Below the pieces are notes generated by a model. That model was not told the origin of the DNA and did no database searches. It saw nothing but the letters and a program-made list of their open reading frames with translations. This document shows positions 44,587 through 53,548 of a stretch of DNA of 64,000 nt, one piece after another (the first letter of the stretch is position 1; each line of letters starts with the position of its first letter). A program made the position numbers and the translations under genes. Source of the DNA: an uncultured Alphaproteobacteria bacterium (lineage in GTDB: Bacteria; Pseudomonadota; Alphaproteobacteria; UBA3830; JAIRWN01); assembly GCA_964369315.1 (NCBI GenBank), contig CAYJEJ010000002.1, positions 2,747-66,746 of the forward strand. Direction: 5' to 3'.

Positions 44587-44736
44587 CACATACCTTATAT
44601 AAAATAAAAACCAACCGCGACACATCATGTCGCAAACAATAACAACCTAGGTATACCACAGCCCAAACCCAATCGCAATATCCAAAAAGTCCCCCTCGCG
44701 TCTTTTAGTGAGCAAAAGCGAGCAAAAGGGTTTTTC

Positions 44737-47718
44737 TTAAGGCTTTTCTTTTTCAGCTGAAGAATACCGACGCCTTTTTTCCTCTTCGAGGGCTTTTCGC
44801 TCTTTATCTTTGAGGCTCCCAGCCCTAAAACGTGCAGGCCACATATTCTGAGCTTTCTCTATCTGAGACTCCATATCAGGGAAATGCAGGACAAACTCCG
44901 CAGAACGCCCTAGCACAGTGTTGCTGGTCATATATCCATCAAGATAACGCATCACATTCTGGCAATATGCCAACCCCAAGCCAGTGCTGGTATTCCCATC
45001 AAAGAATTTGTTAAACATCTCTTCCTCAATATCAGGGTCAATCCCGCCATAATAGTCTCTCACATGAATTTCGTTCCACCCGCCAGACGCTTTCTCAATC
45101 CAAACGTCTATCCGGCTGTATGACGTGATGGTTCTGAAGAACTCGGCACGTTCTATCGAATTTTTCAGCAAATTCATGGTCATATATAAAACAGCCTTAT
45201 TATCACTGGGGGCATAAAAATCAAGGTCTTTCTCGACCACCACCTCAACATGACACCGCCGGAGCCCCTCTTTAATGATGTCCATCTGAAGAGCTTTTTC
45301 AATCTCATCTAGGACGGAGGTGTAAACAAACCCCTTATGTGTGCCTGGTCTAATCCCCTCAAGGTTAATGCACATCATGGTCACAACACTGTTAACGCTG
45401 TGAAGATTTTCACGAATCGAATAGAGCGATTTCCTGATGGGGTGGATGTATCGCATAATGTTGGGCACGTCGCCATAACAATTTTTCAAGTCATGAACTA
45501 GGTCAATTGTCTCCTTACAAATATTATAAGAATTGACTGCAGGCGTGTCGACCGACCGTTTCAGCTTTAAAGCGAGCTGACGCAAAACGAACAATTTTTC
45601 CTTAAACACGGTCTCTCGCTTCGCAGAAAAGACAGTTGAAAACAACAAAGAGAAAATAATGCTATGTGCCGCAGTGATTGGGTTGTGAAGAGCATCAAAG
45701 TCTATCCCAACGAAAAGTTGGAAAAACCCGCAAGCAATCAAAACACCAACGACATAAATAAACGCGAACATCTTCGAGTCGACCAAAACGCTCAGCAACA
45801 AGTTGCACATGACCACGTTGAGAATCCAATATTCCGACATCCCACTTTGCAACAGCCAATAGGTCGGCAAAATCACCAAACACAAAGCAATATTGACAAA
45901 GAATAGTGATGAAAAATATTTTAACAGCCGATTATCCCAATAAAACCTTAAAATCAGGCAAACAGACATAAGACCAATCAACATCCGCAGGACGAGTTGG
46001 TCAGTGTATTTGATGACCACGCCATCAGGCACGAGGAAAACCCCTCCGACATAAGAGATGATGGCAAGGGCTGAGAACGTGATGTGCTGAGAGGCATAAA
46101 GGCTGAAACTCAAGCTAGATGAAATCCTGAGAAACTTAACGAACCCCTCTTCTTTAATATAAGTCATCCAAGATTGCATTGTTTGTTTTCGATATTCACT
46201 GGACGACCTGTCATAAGGGTTGTGCACATTATAATCAGGGATTGGTTCACCGTTGATTGTGTTGTTCCAAGTTAGTTTGTCGAGGAATTTTCGTGCGAGC
46301 AAGAAAGCAACGGCATTCGCTATGATACCAGGCAGGGCGGCGTGGATGTGAGTGTGCCCCATGAATATTTTCCAAAAAGCAGTCACGACAATCCCAGCAA
46401 CAGCACTTATCATGAAGGTTTTACTGCTCCCCTCACGATGGAAAAAACCAAACAAAAGCTGTGGTGCCGTCATAGGTCCAATGAATAACAAGACAAAGCT
46501 CCATATCTCGAAAAGGTTTCTTAAATATAGAGCGAGCAACACACTTCCTAGACCAGCAAGGGCAGTTATAACCTTCGCTAAGACTAATTGAGCTTTTTCT
46601 GATAGGGGCGTTTTTTTCAATGGAATTATTAAATCATTCACTACTGATACACCAACAACACTTATGCAAGAGTCAGCGGTCGACATAACGGCAGCAACTA
46701 GACCAGCTATCGCAACTCCTTTTAGCCCCATGGGTAAAACTTTATCCATGATTTCCATAAATACAGCATTAGAATCAGTGCTTGGAATTATCGCATGAGA
46801 AATTAATACAACAAAACCAAGTAATAGGTTTAAAACCAAAAAGAGAGCTCCTGAAATAAACATAGCTCTTCTAGACTGTCTAGCACTTTTTGTTATGAGC
46901 ATACGTTGCCCCAAAGGGCCGTCAAAAAAACTTAATATCATAACTAAAGATAATGACGAATACAGCAGTACATCTTTTTTATTCGAGAAAGGGTTCAAAT
47001 GAGAGGAGGGGATATTATTGAAAACAACTTTTGCTGACTCGAAGTATCCATTCATACCGTACAAATCATTGATATAAATCAGAACACCTACCAAAATCAA
47101 TGGCAATATAATAAGTGTGAAGATGAATTGGAGAAAATCGGTCGTAATAACAGCCTTAACACCACCAAATGCGGTATAAATAACAACTATTGCATAACCA
47201 ATGAAAACGCCTAATTCAAAAGAGATACCTAAAAAATAATTAAATAAAAACCCCATAGCAGCAACTTGACCTGCCGTTGAGCCTATGGAATCAAAGATTG
47301 ATGCAACTCCCATAGTGACCTGTCCACGTATGCCATATAACTTACCCATTATATGACCCGTAGACATAAGACCAGAAAATCTGTGCATCCGATGGGAGAT
47401 GAGCTTGCCCGTAAGATATGTAAAGATTGGTCGAGCCATGGGTATTATTAGATAAATAACACCAGACGTAAAGATACGCTCAGACCGTGATAAAAAGCTA
47501 CTGGCTCCAATAGCGGTTGCAAAAAGAGTGGCGACCATGAAGGGGGTGGAAAATTTTCTGTCAGAGAGGGCAAATTCTTTAAAGGTCTTAATGTCTCGTC
47601 CAGACTTGATGCCGATATAAAGAGCGAAGATTAAATATGCCAAAACAATCGACCCGTCCAACACCTGACCAAAGTTTAAGCCAACCAACCCCGCTAAACT
47701 GTCCAATCGCTCTAGCAT
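44737..47718 (-). CDS. sensor histidine kinase fused to an N-terminal sodium:solute symporter (SSS) domain and a second ~6-TM module; no receiver domain
   Basis: 993 aa. Residues 1-480 form a 13-TM SSS-like domain with 'AFGGVKAVITTDFLQF'. Residues 535-700 hold about 6 more TM helices. The kinase core has an H-box 'LVHDLKNCYG' (H742), N-box 'MNLLKNSIERA', G1 'VRDYYGGID', F-box 'MFNKFF' and G2 'STGLGLAY'. The H-to-N spacing of about 107 aa is typical. Confidence 0.85.
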   Translation of the reverse strand: MLERLDSLAGLVGLNFGQVLDGSIVLAYLIFALYIGIKSGRDIKTFKEFALSDRKFSTPFMVATLFATAIGASSFLSRSERIFTSGVIYLIIPMARPIFTYLTGKLISHRMHRFSGLMSTGHIMGKLYGIRGQVTMGVASIFDSIGSTAGQVAAMGFLFNYFLGISFELGVFIGYAIVVIYTAFGGVKAVITTDFLQFIFTLIILPLILVGVLIYINDLYGMNGYFESAKVVFNNIPSSHLNPFSNKKDVLLYSSLSLVMILSFFDGPLGQRMLITKSARQSRRAMFISGALFLVLNLLLGFVVLISHAIIPSTDSNAVFMEIMDKVLPMGLKGVAIAGLVAAVMSTADSCISVVGVSVVNDLIIPLKKTPLSEKAQLVLAKVITALAGLGSVLLALYLRNLFEIWSFVLLFIGPMTAPQLLFGFFHREGSSKTFMISAVAGIVVTAFWKIFMGHTHIHAALPGIIANAVAFLLARKFLDKLTWNNTINGEPIPDYNVHNPYDRSSSEYRKQTMQSWMTYIKEEGFVKFLRISSSLSFSLYASQHITFSALAIISYVGGVFLVPDGVVIKYTDQLVLRMLIGLMSVCLILRFYWDNRLLKYFSSLFFVNIALCLVILPTYWLLQSGMSEYWILNVVMCNLLLSVLVDSKMFAFIYVVGVLIACGFFQLFVGIDFDALHNPITAAHSIIFSLLFSTVFSAKRETVFKEKLFVLRQLALKLKRSVDTPAVNSYNICKETIDLVHDLKNCYGDVPNIMRYIHPIRKSLYSIRENLHSVNSVVTMMCINLEGIRPGTHKGFVYTSVLDEIEKALQMDIIKEGLRRCHVEVVVEKDLDFYAPSDNKAVLYMTMNLLKNSIERAEFFRTITSYSRIDVWIEKASGGWNEIHVRDYYGGIDPDIEEEMFNKFFDGNTSTGLGLAYCQNVMRYLDGYMTSNTVLGRSAEFVLHFPDMESQIEKAQNMWPARFRAGSLKDKERKALEEEKRRRYSSAEKEKP

Positions 47719-47885
47719 AAAAAACCCTTTCTAACACAAAACCTTAAAAATCGCAACAACCAGCCCCTGCTCGCAAAAACACCGTCATAAACATATATAT
47801 TAACGGCTGGGTTGTATTTTGTAAATAAATAATTAATTTTATTATCAATTAAATTATATTTATCATAATTATTTCAATAATGTAG

Positions 47886-47891
47886 TATAAT
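47886..47891 (+). promoter_or_regulatory. -10 box candidate for the EAL gene
   Basis: Perfect TATAAT 38 nt upstream of the ATG. SD GGAG lies at 47917-47920. No convincing -35 in the AT-rich context. Confidence 0.35.
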
Positions 47892-47928
47892 ATTCTGTGA
47901 CTATTTAGATTTATTTGGAGTTTTTTTT

Positions 47929-48615
47929 ATGCAAAAGCAAATATCCGTGCGGATGCAACCTATATATAACGTTGTTGAAAATGAAATATATGGCTATGAA
48001 GTCCTGTCCGACAGCATTTGTGTCGATTACTCAATGTTCGCTACGGAAAGCGAAAAAAGATATATGTTCGCCAAACCATATCAAATATTGAAAACAATTC
48101 TTGAAAACAACTTGATAGACCGAACAAAATATCTGTTTATTAATCTAACGGTCGATGAGGTGAAGGATATTGAGCTTGGGAAACACCTGTTCGCTCTTTG
48201 TCAGGAATATAACTTTAAGAGTAATAATTTGCATCTGGAGATTTGTGAAGACCTTACCCTCCGCGATATTATGACCTCGGACGAGGCGTGGTGGTTTTTT
48301 CGCAAAAATTTTTGTATGGTTTTGGATGATTTTGGTGTTCATAACTATTTTGAACCAAAGTTTATTTTTACTTCGGGTATTCGGGTCGTAAAGTTTGACC
48401 GCTCCCTACTCAGAGAGCATGAGAGCCCAGTGCAAACCATTGTTAGGCTTCGTGAATGTGTTGATGATTTGCAGTCTTCAGGTATTGTCACCGTCCTAGA
48501 GGGCATCGAGAACGAGGTTGACCTCGCATGTTGCGTTGGGGCAAACGTTAGCTATGGTCAGGGCTATTTTTTGGGTCGACCAAAAGAAGTTTGGAGAGGA
48601 TACGTTTCGACTTAG
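47929..48615 (+). CDS. stand-alone EAL-domain protein (putative c-di-GMP phosphodiesterase)
   Basis: 228 aa consisting only of an EAL domain. Motifs: 'QPIYN...YGYEVLSD' (EVL variant of EAL), 'FINLT', 'LHLEICED' (ExxE), 'VLDDFG', 'VKFDRS', 'VLEGIEN', 'GQGYFLGRP'. Confidence 0.82.
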   Translation: MQKQISVRMQPIYNVVENEIYGYEVLSDSICVDYSMFATESEKRYMFAKPYQILKTILENNLIDRTKYLFINLTVDEVKDIELGKHLFALCQEYNFKSNNLHLEICEDLTLRDIMTSDEAWWFFRKNFCMVLDDFGVHNYFEPKFIFTSGIRVVKFDRSLLREHESPVQTIVRLRECVDDLQSSGIVTVLEGIENEVDLACCVGANVSYGQGYFLGRPKEVWRGYVST

Positions 48616-48623
48616 GTTCGGGT

Positions 48624-48674
48624 GGTTTTTAGCTAAATTTTGCCGGATTGCGGTTTTTAGCTGAATTTTGCTGG
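48624..48674. repeat. two tandem copies of a ~23-nt motif (28-nt period)
   Basis: ggtttttagctaaattttgccgg (48624-48646) and ggtttttagctgaattttgctgg (48652-48674). Copy 1 contains the 10-bp palindrome TTTAGCTAAA. Confidence 0.6.
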
Positions 48675-48696
48675 CTTAATGTGTTCGAATTTTTAT

Positions 48697-48730
48697 AAAA
48701 AAAATGCCCCACGTTGTTTATGCGTGAGGC
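48697..48730 (-). terminator. rho-independent terminator of the phasin-like gene
   Basis: On the minus strand: gcctcacg-cataaacaa-cgtggggc followed by a T8 run. Confidence 0.7.
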
Positions 48731-48748
48731 AATAGTCTTTTCTGTTTA

Positions 48749-49240
48749 CTATTTTTTGGAGGATTTTTTAAAGCTCTCAACACTCTCAGAAAAACGTGTT
48801 TTCAACAAATCCGTAATCTGTGAGCCAGTTGAGGTCATCATCTCAGCGATTTGCTTGCCGTGAGAGATGTTCTTTTCTATGTTTTCTTTTATCTTTTCAG
48901 ACGAAGTTTTAAATTGTTCATTCATTTTGCCCGCGTCAAACTTGCACTTACATGCACTCGAGACGTCGGCAAACATTTGTTTAACAAAGGCAGTTTGCAA
49001 TTTTGCGATGCTATTCAGCATTTCTAAAGACATTTTGTTCACATTCGAAGCCGTTTCAATGCTATGTTTGAATGCCTCGGACATCTTGCCTGGGTTATAA
49101 AACCCACTTTTGCTCTCTTCTTTTCCTGTATTAGTCATTTTCTCAACCCCAATATTAACCACTTGACCAGAAACACAACCCTCCGCAACGCGATTGTCCA
49201 ATGGCACAACGCGACTGACGGTTTTCATTTTCTTCACCAT
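48749..49240 (-). CDS. phasin-family-like protein (all-helical, low complexity)
   Basis: 163 aa. The C-terminal ~110 aa ('MSEAFKHSIETASNVNKMSLEMLNSIAKLQTAFVKQMF...') resemble Phasin_2-type proteins. The N-terminal ~50 aa are atypical. Internal Met start possible (MTNTGKEE...). Confidence 0.5.
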   Translation of the reverse strand: MVKKMKTVSRVVPLDNRVAEGCVSGQVVNIGVEKMTNTGKEESKSGFYNPGKMSEAFKHSIETASNVNKMSLEMLNSIAKLQTAFVKQMFADVSSACKCKFDAGKMNEQFKTSSEKIKENIEKNISHGKQIAEMMTSTGSQITDLLKTRFSESVESFKKSSKK

Positions 49241-49332
49241 AATGCCTTATCCATAAATTTTTATCAACATAAAAATAAAATATTATTAAAATGTTATCAA
49301 TATCTAGCATATTTTATAAAATTAATCAAGTA

Positions 49333-49713
49333 TTATAATTTTATGGATTTAATGTGAGAAAAACAAAGGTAGCGATTGACAACTATGGCGTCTATCCTAA
49401 AAATTTTTATTTTTTTAAACCGTGATTCGTTTTTTAATAAAAAATATTTCGCCGAGTTTCTCACCCTCTTATATTGCGTGTTGTTTATACAAAATAATCC
49501 ATCATATTTCTTAGGGCGATATTTAACCTCAACAAAAATAAGCGTATTTTCGTTCCGACAGATGATGTCTATCTCACCCAATGGGGATTTATACCTTCTC
49601 GCAACGACTGTATAACCCTTTAAAAATAATATTAAAATCGCATAATATTCAGCCAATAAACCCTTGAAATAGCTAACCTTCCTTAGGCTGGTCGGACTTA
49701 ATTTTAATCGCAA
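49333..49713 (-). CDS. yraN: YraN family endonuclease-like protein (UPF0102)
   Basis: 'GEIDIICRNENTLIFVEVKYR' core motif. Overlaps the rsmI 3' end by 41 nt. The rsmI/lpoA/yraN neighbourhood is conserved. Confidence 0.8.
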   Translation of the reverse strand: MRLKLSPTSLRKVSYFKGLLAEYYAILILFLKGYTVVARRYKSPLGEIDIICRNENTLIFVEVKYRPKKYDGLFCINNTQYKRVRNSAKYFLLKNESRFKKIKIFRIDAIVVNRYLCFSHIKSIKL

Positions 49714-50629
49714 GGCTATAAACCCTTTTTTTACTTACCTCATGAGCAGTGCTCAACTCATCAACTATATCACGAATATGATTGTGAGGGACACCATTTA
49801 TTTTCCGTCTGATTTCGATAATGAGCTCGTCGTCTGTAATCTGTTTGGGTGTGTTTGTCTTTCCCCCTAATACAATCACCAGCTCACCACGAATGGTTGA
49901 GGGCAGGGCGTTTGCTATCTCTTTTACGGTGCTCCTAATGACGGTTTCGTGAATTTTCGTTAACTCTCGAACCACAACAATTTCTCGCGTTGGGTCAACG
50001 ATTTCACTTAATATACAAATTGTCGCTGTAAGCCGATTGGTCGTTTCAAAAAATATTGCGGAATGCTCAACTTCGCTTAATCTAGTCAAAAATTTTTTTG
50101 CTTCAGCCCTTTTAGAGGGGACAAACCCAAAAAATGAAAAACTTTCTGCGTTCATCCCAGAGCTGACCAACCCCGCAATCACAGAGCAAGCACCTGGTAT
50201 ATATGAAATGGGTAAATTTTGTTTTATACACTCCGAAACGATGTTAAAACCTGGGTCACATATCAGTGGCGTGCCCGCATCACTCACGAGGGCGACTTTT
50301 TTCCCCTCTTTAATTTGTGTTATTAATAAAGGCGTGACTTGGTGCTCGTTGAACTTGTGATAAGAAAGAAGCTTCTTCTTTATACCATAGAAATTGAGCA
50401 GTTTCTGTGTAACCCTTGTGTCCTCGGCGATTATTAGGTCGGAATTACTTAAAATATGTAACGCCCTGATTGTAATGTCGAAAAGATTGCCTATTGGCGT
50501 TGCAATTATGGAAAGACCAAGGACACTCTGTTGAGAATCTAGTTTTTTTATGATATCCTCACCAGAGATTTTGGAAATCCATTGCAGAGCGTTGTTTGAA
50601 ATTGTTATTGGTGGAGCGGTTTTACTCAT
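49673..50629 (-). CDS. rsmI: 16S rRNA (cytidine1402-2'-O)-methyltransferase
   Basis: 'LSIIATPIGNLFDITIRAL' and 'SDAGTPLICDPG'. I place the start at the ATG at 50629 (MSKTAPP...). The track ORF runs on to a TTG at 50812, antisense to the neighbouring lipoprotein gene. Confidence 0.88.
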   Translation of the reverse strand: MSKTAPPITISNNALQWISKISGEDIIKKLDSQQSVLGLSIIATPIGNLFDITIRALHILSNSDLIIAEDTRVTQKLLNFYGIKKKLLSYHKFNEHQVTPLLITQIKEGKKVALVSDAGTPLICDPGFNIVSECIKQNLPISYIPGACSVIAGLVSSGMNAESFSFFGFVPSKRAEAKKFLTRLSEVEHSAIFFETTNRLTATICILSEIVDPTREIVVVRELTKIHETVIRSTVKEIANALPSTIRGELVIVLGGKTNTPKQITDDELIIEIRRKINGVPHNHIRDIVDELSTAHEVSKKRVYSLAIKIKSDQPKEG

Positions 50630-51719
50630 GTTTTCTAAGCGTCCAAGTTTTATCCATTTGTTTCTTATCCTCACTATAGTGGGGTGTAGTGCTAAAAAGC
50701 AAGTCCACCTTGAAGATAATTCACAGAACTTTCTCCCGCCTGTCGTTGATGCAGTTGATACTGGCGAAAAAATTGACACGGTTTGTGTTGATAATGAAAA
50801 ATTGCCCAGCAAAACATTGGTTGTTGTCCTGCCAAACTCAACAAATGCAAAAAAAATAATAGAGGGTGCAACTTTGGCACTAAATAATAGCGGGCTAAAT
50901 GATGTCTCGATAATTTTTATGAGAGAAGGCGACGTTGTTGACTATAAGCTTAAGGCGGCAAATGCCATTTTAATTGGTTTTAATGGTAAGGGCGTTAAAA
51001 ATATCTGTTCGATGCTTGATGAAGAGGGGGTTCCTATAATCGCGTTCGGTGGGCGAAATGAATCCCTTAATGAGAAAAACGTCTTTATTATAAAAGATTA
51101 TGTTGAAGATGAGGTTTTCTTTTTACTAAATCACGCAATCTCTCAGGGAGATAGGCACATTGCGATATTATCCCCAGGGGGAGCCTATAGCGATAAGTTT
51201 CTCTCTAAAACAATTTCATCAATTGCAAAATCAGGTGTTGAAAATCTCAAATTTGAAATTTTGAACTATGATGAAAAGGAAAATTTGTTAAAACTAGCAC
51301 AGTTTAATGGTCAATCAGTTTTGGTGCTCGCAAAGGGAAATAAGCTGTCTGAGATCATGAACTATTTAACCGAGCAATTAATAGACTTAAGGGTTTGGCA
51401 GGTTTTTGGTCTCAGTGATTGGCTGGATGAAAAGCCTCATGAAACCTATCCCTTCTTGTCTGGTGCTAAGTTTTGCTATTGCCCAAGTGAAAATAAGACC
51501 AGCTTTAAATCCCAATATCAATACATTTTTAATAAACAAGTTACAAGCATGACAATTATGACGTACGATATGATATCTTGCATAATTGCGGCGATTGACA
51601 GACCTGAAGGATTGCAAGGTGAGTATATTGGCGTTGGCGGGTGTTATCGTTTTGAAAAAGGTGCGTTAAATGGCGATAATATCGAAAGAGTCTATAGTGT
51701 GGAACAGTTGCCGCACTAG
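50628..51719 (+). CDS. LppC/LpoA-like periplasmic-binding-fold lipoprotein (putative penicillin-binding protein activator)
   Basis: Textbook lipoprotein signal 'MFSKRPSFIHLFLILTIVGC' (lipobox IVGC) from the ATG at 50628, with SD GGAG 11 nt upstream. Divergent from rsmI, like E. coli lpoA. The functional call rests on context and fold-like pattern only. Confidence 0.6.
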   Translation: MFSKRPSFIHLFLILTIVGCSAKKQVHLEDNSQNFLPPVVDAVDTGEKIDTVCVDNEKLPSKTLVVVLPNSTNAKKIIEGATLALNNSGLNDVSIIFMREGDVVDYKLKAANAILIGFNGKGVKNICSMLDEEGVPIIAFGGRNESLNEKNVFIIKDYVEDEVFFLLNHAISQGDRHIAILSPGGAYSDKFLSKTISSIAKSGVENLKFEILNYDEKENLLKLAQFNGQSVLVLAKGNKLSEIMNYLTEQLIDLRVWQVFGLSDWLDEKPHETYPFLSGAKFCYCPSENKTSFKSQYQYIFNKQVTSMTIMTYDMISCIIAAIDRPEGLQGEYIGVGGCYRFEKGALNGDNIERVYSVEQLPH

Positions 51720-51768
51720 AGTGTGAAGCGTCTTTTTTGTATGTAAAAATTAACAGGAGAGCTCAATC

Positions 51769-53031
51769 ATGGTTGGAAATTTTATCAAGAACGATAGTGT
51801 CGCGTATAAAATCATTAAAGACGAATTAAACCGTCAGCGTAATCAGATTGAGCTGATTGCATCCGAGAACTTTACTTCACTGGCAGTAATGGAGGCTACA
51901 GGCTCCATATTAACCAACAAATATGCCGAAGGATATCCTTCAAGGCGTTATTATGGCGGGTGCGAATTTGTTGATGAAGCTGAAAATTTGGCTATTTCGC
52001 GAGTAGGTCAGATTTTTGGCTGTAAATACGCCAATGTTCAGACCCATTCTGGCTCTCAGGCAAATATGGCTGTCTATTTTGCCTTATTAAAGCCGAATGA
52101 TACAATCCTAGGGATGAACCTAAGTGCTGGAGGACACCTTACCCATGGGGCGAGACCAACGTTTTCGGGTAAATGGCTTAATGCGGTCGGCTATGGCGTT
52201 GCAGAAGAGACCTGCCTTATCGATTATGATGAGGTAAATAGGCTTGCACAAGAACACAAACCAAAACTAATAATCGCTGGTGCCTCATCTTATCCTAGGG
52301 TAATAGATTTTAAGAAATTTCGCGAAATAGCAGACAGTGTTGGAGCATATTTGCTTGCAGATGTTGCCCATTATGCTGGGCTTATTGCTGCTGGCTTATA
52401 TCCAAGCCCGTTCCCACATGCACATGTTGCAACAACTACAACGCACAAGACTTTGCGTGGACCTAGGGGGGCGGTCATCATGACGAATGATGATGATTTA
52501 ATGAAAAAAATTAACAGTGCTGTCTTCCCTGGGATACAGGGGGGACCATTGATGCACGTCATCTTGGCAAAAGCAGTCGCTTTTGGTGAAGTTTTAACGA
52601 AAGATTTTAAAGAATATATGCATCGCGTACTAGAAAACTCTAAATCTTTGGCAAGTGGTCTTTTAAGTAAAGGCGTCGGAATTGTCTCTGGCGGAACTGA
52701 TAGCCATATGGTTGTTGTCGACTTACGCAGTCTAGGGGTGAGCGGCAAGGAAGCAGAAATTGCCCTAGAAACGGTTGGTATTGCGTGCAATAAAAATGGA
52801 ATACCTTTTGACCCACTACCGCCATCGACAACGTCGGGTTTGCGTCTGGGTTCTGCAGCGGCTACGAGCAGGGGTTTTGGGCTGGGCGAATTTGATGAAT
52901 TAAGCGAAATTATATATAAGACTTTATCCGCCTTATCCAACAATACATTGAACTCTGAGGTTAGTTCATTAAAACAAAGGGTTAAAGCATTGTGCGACAG
53001 GTTCCCGTTGTATCCAGAGCTTGATATATAA
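51769..53031 (+). CDS. glyA: serine hydroxymethyltransferase
   Basis: '[13 protein letters not shown]' (PLP lysine) and '[10 protein letters not shown]'. 420 aa. Confidence 0.96.
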   Translation: MVGNFIKNDSVAYKIIKDELNRQRNQIELIASENFTSLAVMEATGSILTNKYAEGYPSRRYYGGCEFVDEAENLAISRVGQIFGCKYANVQTHSGSQANMAVYFALLKPNDTILGMNLSAGGHLTHGARPTFSGKWLNAVGYGVAEETCLIDYDEVNRLAQEHKPKLIIAGASSYPRVIDFKKFREIADSVGAYLLADVAHYAGLIAAGLYPSPFPHAHVATTTTHKTLRGPRGAVIMTNDDDLMKKINSAVFPGIQGGPLMHVILAKAVAFGEVLTKDFKEYMHRVLENSKSLASGLLSKGVGIVSGGTDSHMVVVDLRSLGVSGKEAEIALETVGIACNKNGIPFDPLPPSTTSGLRLGSAAATSRGFGLGEFDELSEIIYKTLSALSNNTLNSEVSSLKQRVKALCDRFPLYPELDI

Positions 53032-53032
53032 T

Positions 53033-53533
53033 ATGGAACAACCCAACAAACATACGAAACAAGTTTTTCTGAGTGCCAGAAGGGCGGCTAGGGTGATGGC
53101 TGTGCAAGCGTTGTATCAGTTTAACCACTCTGGTCAGAACGACCCAAAAGAAATTATGCAAGAGTTTTTGGACTATCGGTGCAACTTAAATGACCTGCCT
53201 GTAAGGTCAGTGGACTGGGATTTTTTTTCGTATCTTTTTGGTAATGTGACTGCCAATTATGTCGAAATAATAGAGTCTGTGAAGACATGTTTGAATGAAA
53301 AATGGAGTATCGAACGGCTGGATTCGGTTTTGAAGGTTATTTTGTGTGTGGGGATTGCAGAGATTAATCATTTTAATGAGATACCAGTTCGGAGCTCTCT
53401 TAATGAATATGTCGAGGTTGCTAAGTTATTTTTTAATAAGCAAGAGGTCTCGTTTATTAACGGGATTCTGAATGTCGCAGCGAGAAGGTCTCGTACCAGT
53501 GAACTATTAGACGTTGACCAAAACAAAAGTTAG
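53033..53533 (+). CDS. nusB: transcription antitermination factor NusB
   Basis: 'ARRAARVMAVQALYQ' and 'NEYVEVAKLF...FINGILN'. The ATG lies 1 nt after the glyA stop. Confidence 0.88.
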   Translation: MEQPNKHTKQVFLSARRAARVMAVQALYQFNHSGQNDPKEIMQEFLDYRCNLNDLPVRSVDWDFFSYLFGNVTANYVEIIESVKTCLNEKWSIERLDSVLKVILCVGIAEINHFNEIPVRSSLNEYVEVAKLFFNKQEVSFINGILNVAARRSRTSELLDVDQNKS

Positions 53534-53548
53534 ATAAGGAAGATTATT

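Noticed and set aside
50630-50812. Upstream extension of rsmI to the TTG at 50812 (the 379-aa track ORF)
   Set aside because: The extra 61 aa (LGNFSLSTQTVSIFSPVSTASTTGGRKF...) are antisense to the lipoprotein coding region and resemble no RsmI N-terminus. The ATG at 50629 gives a normal protein.
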